Positions 62,920 to 64,000 of a DNA stretch of 64,000 nucleotides are shown one piece after another. The stretch covers positions 13,480,850-13,544,849 of the forward strand of contig NC_134029.1 of NCBI RefSeq assembly GCF_964204645.1, read 5' to 3'. The notes beneath the pieces were generated by a model. It was not told the origin of the DNA, ran no database searches, and worked only from the letters and a program-made list of their open reading frames with translations. The stretch comes from Tubulanus polymorphus. Taxonomy: Eukaryota > Animalia > Nemertea. How positions within the stretch are numbered: the first letter of the stretch is position 1; the number at the start of each line of letters is the position of its first letter. The position numbers were made by a program, and so were the translations under genes.

Positions 62920-63101
62920 TGTTACAGACTCTTGATCTAGTTTGTTATATTTCTGTAATTAGTACGCCGGATAGAGGGCGTCATTGTCGTTGTATCGCCG
63001 CCATTTTCGACACGGTTGAAAAATAAAGTAAAAAACGTAAAATTAACCGTAATTCAACGTCGCGCTTTTTTGCTGATTGTTTCGCCGTGGAATCCGTAAC
63101 A
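62920..63101 (+). repeat. 3' LTR (182 bp)
   Basis: Differs from the 5' LTR by about 5 substitutions and one 9-bp indel. Confidence 0.92.
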
Positions 63102-64000
63102 TTTCCCGTTACAATATCTGGTTTAATTCCTAACAATTTAGCTTTTGGTTATTTTATAATGAAAGAATGTTCATTTTCATCATCAAACTTTATTTCTATT
63201 CTATTAGTCCTATCACTTTTCATAAATCTAATTAAAAATTTATCATCACTTCTAATCTTCAACCGTGCTCTTCTATTAATTTTCTGCTCTAATGATACTA
63301 AATTATATAATCCTGGTCTTAGATATAAAGTAACCCATTGGTTTTTATTTCTAATACAAATTTAAAAAGAATTATCTTCAATAGTTTTATTTGAAATATT
63401 ATAAAAAGAATTACATGAACTTATATTTACTAATTTTAAATCTACACAATTCTTAAATTCTCTATCTAATTGTACTAGTACATTATGAGATTTATTATTT
63501 GTAAGTTTTCTAGAATCAACATATATACTATATTCTTTTAATTTATCCATTAATTATTACACAAAAAAATTACCTCGAACCCCACAAAAATAATTTTAAT
63601 AACATTTTTCCATTGGACGAGAAGATACAATGTGAAATTTGTGGTGAATACACAGAAAACGTATTATTTTAAAAAACATTCAGAGAAATGTAAAATTAAT
63701 GACTTAATAATTAATGTTGGTAGTAACGAAAGTAATAATAATTCTGTGTAAGTTGAACCTATTTGGAAAAGACCTTTTTTATTTTATGACAAGAATAATG
63801 TAAAGAATAATTTATGTGAGCATTGTCGAATAAAATTTTGTCCTGAAAATATAGAAGATTGGGAGAATCATCAATTTAATGAAGAACATTTAAATAAAAT
63901 TTCTAATCATTTGAAACAGAATTCAATGAAAGAATAATTAATATATTAGAAAATATAAAATATGAGAAAACGTTACCAGATAATTAAAAAAAACACTTGA

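Larger units (their letters stand above)
57404..63101 (+). mobile_element. BEL/Pao LTR retrotransposon, decayed, RT core deleted
   Basis: TG...CA LTRs; 5-bp TSD tttcc (57399-57403, 63102-63106); gag PKLRFPTFSGD, protease LLDTGSQ, integrase HHCC, VDYLGP, SDNATCF, ERMV, LNSRPL, LTPNHFL. Confidence 0.92.
57095..63550 (-). pseudogene. Putative penton gene split by the BEL retrotransposon
   Basis: 5' part 63107-63550 (YVDSRKL) and 3' part 57095-57403 (FYIYCKLID); homolog of 45410-46176. Confidence 0.6.
54170..64000. mobile_element. Polinton fragment E (runs off the window), containing the BEL insertion
   Basis: 54424-56709 is nearly identical to 25841-28137; 63530-64000 matches 29150-29710. Confidence 0.85.

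Overview
AT-rich eukaryotic genomic DNA, probably from a marine invertebrate (short GT-AG introns, 'tgaccttgacctttg'-type satellites), made almost entirely of nested mobile elements. No ordinary host gene is evident. (1) 0.3-12.4 kb: a decayed, multi-exon, ~2,200-aa gene of Mutator/MULE type. It encodes SGNH hydrolase, C2H2, Ulp1-like protease, S/T/P repeats, GATA finger, MULE DDE, SWIM, C2H2 and PHD domains. It is split by an intact 3.8-kb hAT element (6-bp TSD), which carries a pogo/Tigger-type MITE, which in turn carries a palindromic micro-insertion. (2) 15.7-64 kb: at least five fragments of Polinton/Maverick (adintovirus-like) elements. They encode a major capsid protein, a putative penton, a packaging ATPase, an integrase with chromodomain, HNH, a VLTF3-like factor, membrane proteins, and a protein-primed PolB C-terminus carrying a LAGLIDADG intein. 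The fragments are interleaved with Helentron-type non-autonomous elements and satellites, a DIRS-like gag fragment, a segmental duplication, and a BEL/Pao LTR retrotransposon inserted in the penton gene. The most striking items are the intein in the Polinton PolB, the multidomain MULE gene, and a palindromic micro-element inserted in frame into two different Polinton genes. All family assignments come from motif recognition by eye; no searches were run.
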